From an uncultured Chloroflexia bacterium (lineage in GTDB: Bacteria > Chloroflexota > UBA6077 > JACCZL01): a stretch of 64,000 nt of DNA. Under the pieces are notes generated by a model. That model was given only the letters and a program-made list of their open reading frames with translations. It had not been told where the DNA came from and made no database searches. This document shows, in pieces, positions 19,454-29,748 of the stretch (positions are counted from its first letter, which is position 1; every line of letters starts with the position of its first letter). A program made the translations under genes and the position numbers. The stretch covers positions 672,001 to 736,000 of the forward strand of contig CAVXYC010000020.1 in assembly GCA_963765765.1 (NCBI GenBank), written 5' to 3'.

Positions 19454-20518
19454 TCATCGGGGCGTCCCCAATGGCGCCCCGGTGCGTACCGCGTCGACTA
19501 CCTGCCGAATCGTGTCTATGGTCACCGTAGCGTCCTGCTTGCGGTAGACCAACGACTCGTGTGTGGCGCCCTCTACCTGCCATTGTGTGGTATTCGTCGA
19601 GAGCCCAGCGAGCTCATTCTGCATCTCCTTCCAGGCTCGGTTCGCGCGCACCTTGAGCTCTCCCTCAGCCTGAGAGAACGTGTCCTCCGCCGTGAGCACC
19701 GCCAACGGTCGGTTGCCCAACGATCCAACGGCACGCACCTGTTCGGCCGAGGACGGAATGGACCGGAGCTCGTCAGCGATGGCGGCCATGGCTCTTGTGG
19801 AGGCATTGAGCTTCTTAACCTGCGTGCGCTGTGGCGCCGGCAAGTCGGGATCTACCGGAAAGACAGGCACCAGACCGGAGCGCGTGACACCAATCGCGGC
19901 CAGGATCGGCAACAGCGTCAGCATCTGCTCCCCCGGGGAGAACCCGGCCGCAAGCTCCGGCGGTAACCGCGTTTGCACATCTGGATGGGTTGCGTCGACC
20001 AAAACTAACCCAGCTACGTCTACGGGGTAGCTGGCAGCGTACATTTGGATGAACAGGCCGCCGAGTGAGTGACCCACGAGCACATAGGGAGCTGGGATGT
20101 CGGCGCGGTCGAGTAGGCTGTGCAGCTCCGTCGCGATCCGATGCGCGTCCCTCGGCAGGGGTCCGGACTCACTCCATCCCATGCCAGCGCGATCGTAAGC
20201 GCAGACGCGTGTGGTCTCGGAAACACCCGGCTGTACCCAGGGCCAATCTGCGGACGTACCGGGGAAGGCGGACTCCAAAAGCACGGTCGGGCTGCCCTCG
20301 CCGATGCAGAAGACGTGCAGTCGTGAACCGTCGACCTCCACCAGCCGCCCAGGCGCGGGGAATGCGCGGCGATCCCGCTCGGTAGCAACGGCCTGGTAGA
20401 CCAGCCCCAGGACGGGCATGGCAATCAGCACGAGAAGTACGCCTACAGCGAGGGTCTTGGGCCCGCCAAACCGGCACCGCCATCGGCCAAGCTTCGGCGC
20501 TACTGACGCCTTTTGCAT
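19454..20518 (-). CDS. Membrane-anchored alpha/beta hydrolase
   Basis: PAPGRLVEVDGSRLH, RVCAYDRAGMGWS, VGHSLGG nucleophile elbow. Confidence 0.9.
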   Translation of the reverse strand: MQKASVAPKLGRWRCRFGGPKTLAVGVLLVLIAMPVLGLVYQAVATERDRRAFPAPGRLVEVDGSRLHVFCIGEGSPTVLLESAFPGTSADWPWVQPGVSETTRVCAYDRAGMGWSESGPLPRDAHRIATELHSLLDRADIPAPYVLVGHSLGGLFIQMYAASYPVDVAGLVLVDATHPDVQTRLPPELAAGFSPGEQMLTLLPILAAIGVTRSGLVPVFPVDPDLPAPQRTQVKKLNASTRAMAAIADELRSIPSSAEQVRAVGSLGNRPLAVLTAEDTFSQAEGELKVRANRAWKEMQNELAGLSTNTTQWQVEGATHESLVYRKQDATVTIDTIRQVVDAVRTGAPLGTPR

Positions 20519-20835
20519 CAGGGCTCTCCGGCGCTCCATCCCGACAACGAGACCCCGCGCGTCAAGAAGGGGATGCGCCCTACTGGTCGAGATAGTACTG
20601 GATGATGGCCAGCTTGGTAAGGGGAAGTTGCACCCTTCGAGCCTGTACAACCGGCTTGGGGGTGACTGGGCCATGATCACCATCACGCGATCGAAGTTGC
20701 GGACCGAGACCTGACGATGTGCTGCGCCGGTGACTCGCCCAGAACTCCAGCTGCCAGCGACTCATTGGGGAATGCGGCGTGGTGACGGCGATGAGGCTTT
20801 CGGACGGTGCGTCGTACGGGAAGATATCCAGGGCA

Positions 20836-21172
20836 TCATCGGCCCCAACGGCCGCGACGATGAATCCGATCGTGGATGGGCACCAATAGCTCGTCGGGCG
20901 TGGTAGTAAGGATCACCGCCGTGCCGCTCAGCTTATCCTTGGTGAGCTTGGTGTAGAGCCCGGCAAAGCCGAATGTTGTGTGATCCTTCAGGCGAATGTG
21001 CATCGGCTGCTTCGTCTTCTCGCCCTGGATCCCCTTCCACTCAAAGAAGCCGTCGGCCGGGATGATGCAGCGCTCCGACTTCACGGCGTTGCGGAACATC
21101 CCACTGGTCTCGATGGTCTCCGCTCGCGCGTTAATCGGCGGTGGCCGGGAACTTTTCTTCTTGCCGTCCATG
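20836..21172 (-). pseudogene. SOS response-associated peptidase (SRAP/YedK) fragment
   Basis: INARAET, RCIIPADGFFEW, FGFAGL, ILTT..IHDR; lacks the N-terminal MCGR and the C-terminus. Confidence 0.8.
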
Positions 21173-21318
21173 AAGCACAAACCCCCACTTGTGCGTCGCA
21201 CCGGAGTTCCCCCTATGACTCGGGCCGATTCGCCCGCGAGCAAGGCAAGTGGTCCCGCACAGAACAAGGCGAAAGACTCGCCGGGCCCCTAGGACCTCTG
21301 GGTCACGCGCACCGTTCG

Positions 21319-21576
21319 CTACGGCTCGGTCGTCGACGGGGGCGCCTTCTTAACGCGACCGAGCTTATCCCTGAGTGTCTGAGAGAGGGGAGTGGCATCG
21401 ACGGCTTGTGCCACCCGCTCGATCTGGCCGGCGGAGGCCGCTTTCGCCGATGTGGCGGCGTGCCGTAACGACCCCGGAGCGGTGGTCAGTCGCCGCCGAG
21501 CATCTTCGCGGACTCGCGGCGATAGGGCAAGCCGTACCAACACAATGCCGACAACCACTCCAAGTAACACCCGCAT
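21319..21576 (-). CDS. Small protein with N-terminal TM (YtxH-like)
   Basis: GAGGTG RBS; MRVLLGVVVGIVLVRLALSP followed by a helical Ala-rich tail. Confidence 0.55.
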   Translation of the reverse strand: MRVLLGVVVGIVLVRLALSPRVREDARRRLTTAPGSLRHAATSAKAASAGQIERVAQAVDATPLSQTLRDKLGRVKKAPPSTTEP

Positions 21577-22126
21577 AATGCTCACCTCCGGTTCGTTGAA
21601 CGGTTGATGCACCGTCCGAGGCCCATTCAGGAGCGACGTCCAAGAAGCCGGCCATTCCGACTGCTGGCGGCCCGTGCTGCGAGGGCAAAGGCGGGCCCCT
21701 TCCAGTCACGGCTGAACGAATGTCACGATCCTGGTCGCTCAGGAGCGGCGCAGAATCACTTTCTCAATTCAATGCGCTGTGACGGGATGTCAATCAACAC
21801 CGAATGACGGTGCCGTCCGTCCACCGGTCTGGTGGCACCGCCACCGAGTAATGGCGTTGAGCGGCAAAGATGTGAAGACCGCGATGGTGCAGGGCATGTC
21901 CGCGGGCTGGGAAGAGAGCGGCGGCAGGCTCCTGACGGCTGGGGATGGTTCTGGATCTGCACCGAGCACCCCGCCCTAAGCGGCGATGATTAGCGTGGCG
22001 GGATATCGATGTCCTCGACAGGGCTGAGTGGCAGGGTCAGCCGGTCACCCTCCGAGTGCTCACGCCGTGACGCGGGCGGTGCTGGCGGAGCTGCGGCTGA
22101 TGTAGGCTCCTACTGGACGTGCCACC

Positions 22127-22845
22127 ATGGCGACTCTCACCTGCCCGCACTGCGGAGCCGAGATATCTGACGAGCCGTCGTCTGCATGGCGTGTGGGAAG
22201 AACCCGGCCTCGCCTGCGTCTCTCGGAGTGACCGCGCCGACTCCCAAACCAGCAAGCCACTTCAAGCCCTCATGGATCGTGTGGCTCGTAGTCGGATTCC
22301 TGGCACTGATGGCGGTTGTGCTTCTGGCTCGGGCGCCCATAGCGAGCCTGTTGCTCGTATTGTCCGCTGTGAGCGTTGCGCTGGCTGGGCCGCTTGGCCG
22401 ATACCGCCCGAGACTCCATATGCCCGCCGGCAAGTTCGGGATCATCGGACTAAGCGTACTCTCGGTGGTGCTCTTCTTCGGGGCTGCCTTCGCGATGCCG
22501 AAGACGGAGCGGCCTGTCTCTCAGACGACGGGGATACTTCCGACGCCTCCACCAACGGTCGAAGTTGCATCAGCACGCACAGCGCCAACGCCCGCTACAG
22601 CCCCTCAGGTAGCAACCGCAGCACCCAAGCCGACAACTGCGCCCCCGACCCCAGTGCCGCCTACTCCGGTCTCTCCGACGGCGGCCGCACCGACTTCAGT
22701 GCCGGAACGATCAGCTGTGCCCGCGCCAACGGTTGACCCAAGACGGGCACGGTGCGGCCACCGGAGGAGAGAGCGCGGTGACGGACACGGTGTCCGTTGT
22801 TGTCCGTTTGACCTCCGCCATACCTGTCCAAACGATCATCCGTGA
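22127..22845 (+). pseudogene. Zinc-ribbon + 3 TM + Pro/Thr-rich linker protein, frameshifted; C-terminal domain unresolved
   Basis: MATLTCPHCGAEI in one frame joins CMACGK in the next; TM segments; PTPPPT...PTPVPPTPVSPTAAAPT. Confidence 0.55.
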
Positions 22846-22949
22846 TGGTGGAGAAGACCTCGTCGCCGTCAGCGCTGGCTCGCCCAGGGCACGGTAAGTC
22901 AAGCTGTCTATCGATGAGCCCGGCGCGATATTTGCCTCTGTCAGCGCCG

Positions 22950-23315
22950 ATGACCGCACTATCGGGACCTGAGCCTCAACTCGACTCGGCGCGGTACCAA
23001 CCCGACAGCCCGCGCTGGCGCAACGCTCGCGGCCTGGAGCTAGAGGCGGACGGGCAACTCGACGAAGCGATCGAGTTGTACGAGCGGAATGTGGCGGACG
23101 GTTACGTCGGAGCCCTCCCCTACGATCGTCTGCGCATCATCTACGCCCGGCGGCAGGAGCTAGCCAGCGCGATCCGTGTCTGTCGCGCCGCCATCCGAGC
23201 GCTCGGTGCAGATCCAGGGAAGGCCAGGCGGTTCGAAGGCGCGCTGATGAGGCTTCAAGGACGAACGAGCCGGCAGATGCTCGACCACGGAATCCACGTG
23301 GATTCACGGATCTGA
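22950..23315 (+). CDS. Small TPR-like protein
   Basis: RNARGLELEADGQLDEAIELYE...PYDRLRIIY...AIRVCRAAI. Confidence 0.6.
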   Translation: MTALSGPEPQLDSARYQPDSPRWRNARGLELEADGQLDEAIELYERNVADGYVGALPYDRLRIIYARRQELASAIRVCRAAIRALGADPGKARRFEGALMRLQGRTSRQMLDHGIHVDSRI

Positions 23316-23828
23316 CTGAAGCTCCATCTTTATCGGGTATCGATACGATCCAGGCGTTTCCTCATTGGCCTGTTCCGTGATCGCCGCTGACCCCGCGGCG
23401 GGTGGTTCGCGTCGCAATCTGGACGCTGTCGTTGTCTGCTGTCGGACTGTCGATGCAACGGCGTCACATGGATCGTCCTCATGGTGGTCATAGTGTCCGA
23501 CACTGCGGGTGACGATGTCTGACCACCTGTCAGGGTGAGCCACACTTCCACACGTGGCGAGTCGACGCGGTACGCAGGTCCAGCACACCTCGGCCTGGCT
23601 CTCTTCGGGCCCTACCATCTCGTCGGACGCTCTCATTGACCTTCATGACGGCACTCGACGGCCTGGCGCCCGAGGCTCACGAGCACTGCACGGCGAGCCT
23701 GGCACGTTGACATGCATGCCGGTGGACGTAGCGTCCGCCAAGAGGCATCTTCCATCCGGTTATGGTATATATGCATTCCTACATATGTGAAGGCGTTGAC
23801 CCCGCAAAGATGGAAGGGGGTACGTCCG

Positions 23829-24059
23829 TTGGACACTCCTCAGCGCACTGACACAGACCTCGCGAACCGTCTGACTGCCCGCGAAATCGAGGTGCTCCGT
23901 CTCGTGGCGGAAGGGTGTGATAACCAGACGATCGCCGACCGCCTGGTGCTTGATCGGGCCACGATTCGAACAGACGTCGTCACGGTCCTCACCAAACTTG
24001 ACGCGCATTCGCGGCTGCAAGCGGTGGCTCGGGCCGTGCGATTGGGACTCTGCGACTAA
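23829..24059 (+). CDS. Stand-alone LuxR-type HTH protein
   Basis: LTAREIEVLRLVAEGCDNQTIADRL...KLDAHSRLQAVARAVRLGL. Confidence 0.8.
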   Translation: MDTPQRTDTDLANRLTAREIEVLRLVAEGCDNQTIADRLVLDRATIRTDVVTVLTKLDAHSRLQAVARAVRLGLCD

Positions 24060-24565
24060 CCCGCTCGGTCCAGTCCAGTCGGGCATCCAGGCGGATGTGC
24101 GCTCTTCCGCCGCCTGGATACGCGCAGGGAGCCAATTTCCCCTGGATGCCGCGTCAGCTGGAAGCGTATGAAAGAGCCGAGCCTCGGGAGCTCGCTATCG
24201 AGCATTGACTATCGCTCCGATAGAGCTCCCGCAATCGGCACCCGCTCATGCTGCGGTAGTCATGCCGCTCTCGCAGCGGGGTGCTCCGGTAGTCGTGCAG
24301 CGAAGCCGCGCGCTCACTGGGCATGCGTATCTAGCACCGGGAGACCGATGTAGACATGGCAGGACAAGGCGACCGAACGAGCACTCTCGGCGAGTGAAAA
24401 TCCGTCCAAGAGACTGAAGACGTTAGCCACAGGCCTGATAGTCGAAACAGGGCGATTCCGGGCCGTCACCACGACATTGAACCACCCACCATCGAACAGC
24501 GCCTGGCAGGCCCGCGCTGAGGTGAGAATGAGCATGTTTATGACGAACGACCAGGACAGAGACGA

Positions 24566-24856
24566 ATGATCGAGCGATTCCGGGTGGCGCTTCACAATGT
24601 TGAGCGTAGCCCGTCGGACGAGGCCGTCGGAGAACTGCGATCGGCCGCGGCTCCCATCATAGACAGGCTCCGAGCGGAGTATCGGGCTGCCGGACACACG
24701 GATGATGGCGATGGCACCGCGCTGTTCCGCTGGCTGCGTGCCAAGCTGGCGGACCGCGAATTGGCTGCCAAACGCGCCTCGACTCACAAGACCGTACGGC
24801 AACACGCCTCACCGTTCAGCTCGCTGAATGTCGGGCGACCCGTCGGCGATCATTGA
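24566..24856 (+). CDS. Hypothetical helical protein
   Basis: Protein-like composition (IIDRLRAEYRAAG...LFRWLRAK); no family recognised. Confidence 0.4.
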   Translation: MIERFRVALHNVERSPSDEAVGELRSAAAPIIDRLRAEYRAAGHTDDGDGTALFRWLRAKLADRELAAKRASTHKTVRQHASPFSSLNVGRPVGDH

Positions 24857-24883
24857 CGGGGCGTGTCCTGTCCGGATGGGCGT

Positions 24884-24935
24884 CCCACGCGATCCGACTA
24901 TGGCGAGACGAGTGCCAGGAGGCGTCGCATGGCAT
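24884..24935 (+). repeat. 52-bp direct repeat, copy 2
   Basis: 47/52 identical to 16954-17005. Confidence 0.85.
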
Positions 24936-25412
24936 CGCCCAGCTCCTGGCGACGTCGCGCGTCGGGTGGTTTGAGCGGGTTCATGCGTTCCCATTCGTGG
25001 ACATGGTCCACATCGGCAACCGTAATGCGTGCGAGGCGATGGGCGTCCATCATCGTCTCTCCGACCGGTTGGGGTGAGATTCCGTGAAATGCGCCACGAC
25101 GCACGGCGGCCGCGAGATCGTTCCGCAGCATCTCCAGCTCGCCCCAGTCCACCAGCATTTCAAACCATGTCCTGTGCTTGCTTTCAGTGTCTCTCGAACG
25201 GTGACTGTCTGGATAGATGCACCGGTGCATAAAGATGCACGGAGATACGAACGTGGCAGGGAATCATCTCGTCGAGAGAGGTCCAGGACACCACCCCGCC
25301 CCGCAGAGGCCGTTTCTCGTGCCGCTGCGGAACGGCCACCCTCGCGCGTCTGGCTGGTGATAGTGGTGCATGCACATCTGCATCTTCTCCACCGACGATC
25401 GCTTCGGATAGA

Positions 25413-25832
25413 GTGACGACCGTGGCCGCTCCCCATGCTCCCCGGAAGTCGGTGGTCGTGATTGACGATGACCCCGACATCACGTTCGTGCTCTGCACGG
25501 CTCTGGAGGATGACGGGTATCGCGTCGTCTGTTACACCCAGGCATCGCTGGCGTTGGAATCGGTGGTTGCGAACCAGCCCGACCTGGTGATCCTGGACTG
25601 GTGGCTGCCCGAGAGCGGCGGACACACCCTGCTCTCCGCCCTGCGCGAGAACCCTCGCACCGCCCACGTGCCGGTCCTCGTGTGCACGGCGGACGCCACC
25701 GTCCTCGACTGTCGCGATGCGCTCGCGCGGAATGGCGCGGACATCCTGCTCAAACCGTTCGAGCTGGACTGCCTGTCCACCATGGTGGGGCGGATGACGG
25801 GTCGGGAATTCGTCGCCTGCCCCTTGGGTTGA
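25413..25832 (+). CDS. Single-domain response regulator receiver
   Basis: VVVIDDDPD, PDLVILDWWLP, VLVCTA, LLKPF. Confidence 0.9.
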   Translation: MTTVAAPHAPRKSVVVIDDDPDITFVLCTALEDDGYRVVCYTQASLALESVVANQPDLVILDWWLPESGGHTLLSALRENPRTAHVPVLVCTADATVLDCRDALARNGADILLKPFELDCLSTMVGRMTGREFVACPLG

Positions 25833-25847
25833 ATCCAGTAGCGCGCA

Positions 25848-26204
25848 ATGATGGCGGAACTGCAGGGAGCTAGGCCGAGGTGCCGAATCATCGTCATGAA
25901 CCAGGTGACTCTAGACGGGGTGATGCAGGGGCCGGGGCGCCCGGACGAGGACACGCGGGACGGCTTCCAGCACGGAGGCTGGGCGATACCGCGCGGCGAC
26001 GAGGCGATGGTCGCCAAGATGGGCGAACGGATGGGCGGGGACCACGCGTTTCTGTTCGGGCGACGCACCTACGAGGATCTGCTGGCGTCTTGGAACGCCC
26101 GGGGCGGCCCGTTCAAGGAAGCGCTGAACAACGCGCCTGGGCCCATAAGGACGTCCACGCGTGTTCGCGCGGACGTCCCAGGCTTTCGCGCGCCGCTGTC
26201 GTGA
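25848..26204 (+). pseudogene. Dihydrofolate reductase/RibD C-terminal family, 3'-truncated
   Basis: VTLDGVMQGPGRPDEDTRDGFQHGGW, LFGRRTYE; homology stops after LNNAP. Confidence 0.8.
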
Positions 26205-26224
26205 CGAGACCGCAGCGCTTCGTC

Positions 26225-26672
26225 TTAGCTCCGGCGGGGGCCGCTCGGCCCGGTGCGACCCGTGTCGCCCCGGACATCCACGTCACCATCCTCCTTGACC
26301 CGGGCCACCTCGCGCCCTAAGTCCGCCTCTACGCGCTCGGTGTCCTGGACCGCTCGCTTCTCGAGGCCCACTTCCTCGTAGACGACCGTCCGCTTCTCGG
26401 GAACGACCTCCTCGCGGCTGACCTCGACTTCGATTTCCTCCTTATCGCTAATCGGCTGATTGGTAGGTCGCCGATCCACCGGCTCGACGCGTGACAGTGA
26501 CCTCTTCATGGGTAACCGGCACATCTGCCGCGCGACGCTCGGTGACGACATCCTTCTCGATTTCGGCCTTGCCGGCTTTGGTGCGTTCCTTGCGGGCGGT
26601 CAGCTCCTCTTCGCGGAGCTCGAGGTCGTCAGTGTCCCTGGTGCGGCGTTGGTCTCGATCGTCTGTTGCCAT
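26225..26672 (-). CDS. YsnF/AvaK (DUF2382) stress-related protein, frameshift near 26490
   Basis: LELREEEL..RKER, VPVTHEEV, EEVVPEKRTVVYEEV; AAGGAG RBS. Confidence 0.82.
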
Positions 26673-27128
26673 TTTTAACTCCTTGACCGGTTCGGGTCCG
26701 AGGCCCGAACCGGAATCTATTGGTGTGAATGGTGGTCGGGTGATTCCCGGTGGCGCCTCAGTGTTCTAGGCTCGCTGCGCCCGTCGTCGTACTGTTGGCT
26801 CCTATCCGAGTGTTCCCGCTGAAGCTCGTCAAAAGGTCGATATCTCACTTCCTCTAGGTTGGACTAGTGTTCTTCGAAGGTTCCTAGCACGACCCGTGCC
26901 TCGGTCGTCATCCCAGGACAGACCGCCGCGGCATCGACGTTGCAGCCACAGGGCCCCGCGTGAAAGTACGCCTCTCACGAGTCCCACGGTCCGCTCTGCA
27001 ATCTCGTCTCTCTGGTCTATCCGACATCGGACCAAACGCTTCGAATTCTGTTATCCCGGCGCGCTCCTTGCCCATCAGTAACCCGGGTGACGCAATCGCC
27101 AGATTGCGCACCATGGAGGGGCGGATCG

Positions 27129-27455
27129 GTGCAACAAGAACTGGATGTACAGGGATTCCTGGAAGCGTACAAACGTGAGATTTCCGGACCCGTAGAGCTC
27201 AAGTCGGAAAATGAGCGCGCGCAGGACGAGCAGCGCATTCGCAGGGTGGATCTCATTCGAGACGCTCTGACGACTCAGGAGGACGTATCTCGACCGATCT
27301 CTCCCGATGCGTTCGTTCGATTCTTGCGGGACGTGGCTAGCGGGAACCAGGCAGTGCTGCCGGTGCAGCGCGGCGATGCCGCGATGAAAGAAACGGCCGC
27401 GGATCTGTTGGACAAATGGCAGTACCGCGATTCGGAGATCGAGCAGCGTCTTTAG
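27129..27455 (+). CDS. Hypothetical protein
   Basis: GGAGG RBS before GTG; charged helical sequence. Confidence 0.55.
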   Translation: MQQELDVQGFLEAYKREISGPVELKSENERAQDEQRIRRVDLIRDALTTQEDVSRPISPDAFVRFLRDVASGNQAVLPVQRGDAAMKETAADLLDKWQYRDSEIEQRL

Positions 27456-27560
27456 CGTATTTCTAGATGGCTCACCGGTTACCTAGCTGTTCTTTCGGGC
27501 AGTGTGCACGTATCTTTGCGTGTCCACGATCGATCTACACTCCTCCAAAGGAGTCTGACG

Positions 27561-28004
27561 ATGAATCGCATAGACGTCACTGAGAAGATCGTGCTGACCA
27601 AAGTGACCAAAGGTCTCAAGTGGTCGGAGGTGGCCGAGGCCATCGGGCAGAGCAAGGAGTGGACAACCGCTGCGCTGCTGGGTCAGATGCAGATGACGGG
27701 GGAGCAAGCGGAAAAAGTCGGCGAGATCTTTGGTCTGTCTACCGAGGAGTGCGCCTGGCTTCAGATCGTTCCCTACAAGGGATCTTTGCCGACCGCCGTG
27801 CCCACGGATCCTCTGATCTATCGGTTCTACGAGCTCGTCAACGTCTATGGCACCACGCTCAAGGAGCTCATCCACGAGGAGTTCGGCGACGGCATCATGT
27901 CGGCCATCGATTTTTCGATGGACCTGCAGCGCGAGCCTGATCCCAAGGGCGACCGGGTGAACATCGTGCTGAGTGGAAAGTTCCTGCCTTACAAGACGTA
28001 CTGA
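27561..28004 (+). CDS. cynS: Cyanate hydratase (cyanase)
   Basis: PTDPLIYRFYE, EEFGDGIMSAIDF, GKFLPY; AAGGAG RBS. Confidence 0.97.
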   Translation: MNRIDVTEKIVLTKVTKGLKWSEVAEAIGQSKEWTTAALLGQMQMTGEQAEKVGEIFGLSTEECAWLQIVPYKGSLPTAVPTDPLIYRFYELVNVYGTTLKELIHEEFGDGIMSAIDFSMDLQREPDPKGDRVNIVLSGKFLPYKTY

Positions 28005-28048
28005 CCGGCTTTCGCACGTAGCAATCCTCCGATCCATTCCGTGAAATG

Positions 28049-28139
28049 TCTCGTAGCGGCGGGCTTCAGCCCGCACGCGAAGCACCGCCTTTCCTAGAGA
28101 AGCGCTATGCGCACGGGCTCGAAGCCTGTCGCTACGAGA
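28049..28139. repeat. GTAG-family REP pair (inverted)
   Basis: TCTCGTAGCGGCGGGCTTCAGCCCG ... CGGGCTCGAAGCCTGTCGCTACGAGA. Confidence 0.8.
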
Positions 28140-28261
28140 GAGGGGAGAGAGATGGCGCTGCTCAGGTGATCGTTGTGCGAATTCCCTCGCCAACATCCGC
28201 TCGTGGTACCCTTCGCAAACCATCAATCTATGTCTGAAGCCGCCCCAAGGAGCCCCGATTC

Positions 28262-28849
28262 GTGACCGCTTCGCTGCCTAACGCCGTCATCGTTGTATCC
28301 GGATTGCCGCGCTCTGGCACATCCATGATGATGAAAATGCTGGAAGTCGGGGGCGTTCCGATCATGACCGATCACGAACGGACCGCGGACGATGACAATC
28401 CCGAGGGCTACTACGAGCTCGAGCGTGTCAAGCAGATGCCGAACGGCGACGTTGCCTGGGTACGCGATGCGCGCCAGAAGGCGGTCAAGGTCATCTCCGC
28501 ATTGTTGAAGCATCTACCCTCAACTGAGCAGTATCGGGTGCTCTTTATGCGCCGCGCCTACCCCGAGATCCTGGCGTCACAACGCAAGATGCTCATTTCG
28601 AGGAATCGGCCGGTGGACCAGGTGGACGACGCAGAAATGACGCGACTCTTTGAGATGCACCTGAAAGAGGTTGACGCCTGGCTAGAAACGCAGCCCAACG
28701 TTCGGGTGCTACAGGTAGGCTACAACGCCATGCTTCGCGAGCCGGAACCGCTTGTGACCCAGGTCAATGAATTCCTGGACGGTGGGCTCGATACCCAGGC
28801 AATGCTCCACGTCATCAATCCCGCGCTTTACCGGAATCGGAGCTCGTAG
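28262..28849 (+). CDS. Sulfotransferase family protein
   Basis: VSGLPRSGTSMMM PAPS-binding loop; NPEGYYELE; EILASQ. Confidence 0.88.
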   Translation: MTASLPNAVIVVSGLPRSGTSMMMKMLEVGGVPIMTDHERTADDDNPEGYYELERVKQMPNGDVAWVRDARQKAVKVISALLKHLPSTEQYRVLFMRRAYPEILASQRKMLISRNRPVDQVDDAEMTRLFEMHLKEVDAWLETQPNVRVLQVGYNAMLREPEPLVTQVNEFLDGGLDTQAMLHVINPALYRNRSS

Positions 28850-28901
28850 GCTCGCGAACGCCTATACTTTTGCTGTTCATCGAGTCAGGAGCGAGCCGCG
28901 C

Positions 28902-29627
28902 ATGAGTATCCCGCAGAAACGACAATACGTTCGATACGCGTTCTTCAAGGTGCAGACCGAGTGGAAACGGCTCTCCCTCGCGGAACGCGATGAGCACAAG
29001 CGAGAGCTCGCAGCCGCTATCGCACCGTTCGCCGATCGGTTCATGCTCCGCACGTACTCCACCGTCGGGACGCGAGGAGACGTAGATCTCATGCTGTGGG
29101 GAGCAAGCGAGCAGCTCGAGGACCACCATGAGCTGGCGATGGCCATCTCATCCACACGTCTCGGTGGCTATCTCGACACGCCCTATTCGTACATCGCCAT
29201 GACCAAGCGGTCCATTTACGTGGACAAGCACATCCATGAGGGGCAGGAAGGATCTCGCACAGAGATTCGACCGCCGTCGACGAAGTACTTGTTCATCTAC
29301 CCGTTTGTGAAGACCCGACCGTGGTACCGCCTGTCCATGGAAGAGCGCCAGGAGATCATGAGCGAGCACATCCGTGTTGGGCATAAGTACCAGAGCGTGA
29401 GAATTCACACAACGTACTCGTTCGGACTTGACGATCAAGAGTTCGTTGTGTCGTTCGATACCGACTCGCCCGGAGACTTCCTTGACCTCGTCATGGAGCT
29501 TCGTGAATCGGTCTCCAGCAGCTACACCGAGCGCGACACACCCATCTTCACCTGCATCGCAATGCCCATCGAGCAAGCACTCGACGCACTGGACGGCGCT
29601 GCGCTGGCAACTGTAGGAGTGCGCTGA
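28902..29627 (+). CDS. chdC: Chlorite dismutase superfamily protein, probably coproheme decarboxylase ChdC (HemQ)
   Basis: IYPFVKTRPWY (Tyr/Lys/Trp), proximal His in MSEHIRVG, YSFGLDDQEF; Ile at the position of the Cld distal Arg. Confidence 0.8.
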   Translation: MSIPQKRQYVRYAFFKVQTEWKRLSLAERDEHKRELAAAIAPFADRFMLRTYSTVGTRGDVDLMLWGASEQLEDHHELAMAISSTRLGGYLDTPYSYIAMTKRSIYVDKHIHEGQEGSRTEIRPPSTKYLFIYPFVKTRPWYRLSMEERQEIMSEHIRVGHKYQSVRIHTTYSFGLDDQEFVVSFDTDSPGDFLDLVMELRESVSSSYTERDTPIFTCIAMPIEQALDALDGAALATVGVR

Positions 29628-29650
29628 GCCCCTCAGATCACCGGCGCGGA

Positions 29651-29748
29651 GCCTTTGGAGTGCGTGCGCCGCAGCGCCGCTTTCTCGATATCCCGGCCGG
29701 CGCTAGCAACAACTAGAAAGCGTGCGCTCGGCGCACGCACTCCAAAGC
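29651..29748. repeat. REP-like long inverted repeat (GCACTCCAAAG family), copy 2
   Basis: CTTTGGAGTGCGTGCGCCG..GCGCCGCTTTCT ... AGAAAGCG..CGGCGCACGCACTCCAAAG. Confidence 0.8.

Noticed and set aside
26687-26713. Hairpin CCGGTTCGGG/CCCGAACCGG upstream of ysnF as a riboswitch
   Set aside because: A single short stem that does not cover the RBS; no aptamer features
15920-27100. Intact prophage or ICE
   Set aside because: No integrase, terminase, capsid, relaxase or transposase recognised
28902-29627. True chlorite dismutase (perchlorate metabolism)
   Set aside because: The distal Arg position is Ile, the ChdC-type YPFxK motif is present, and no perchlorate reductase genes are nearby
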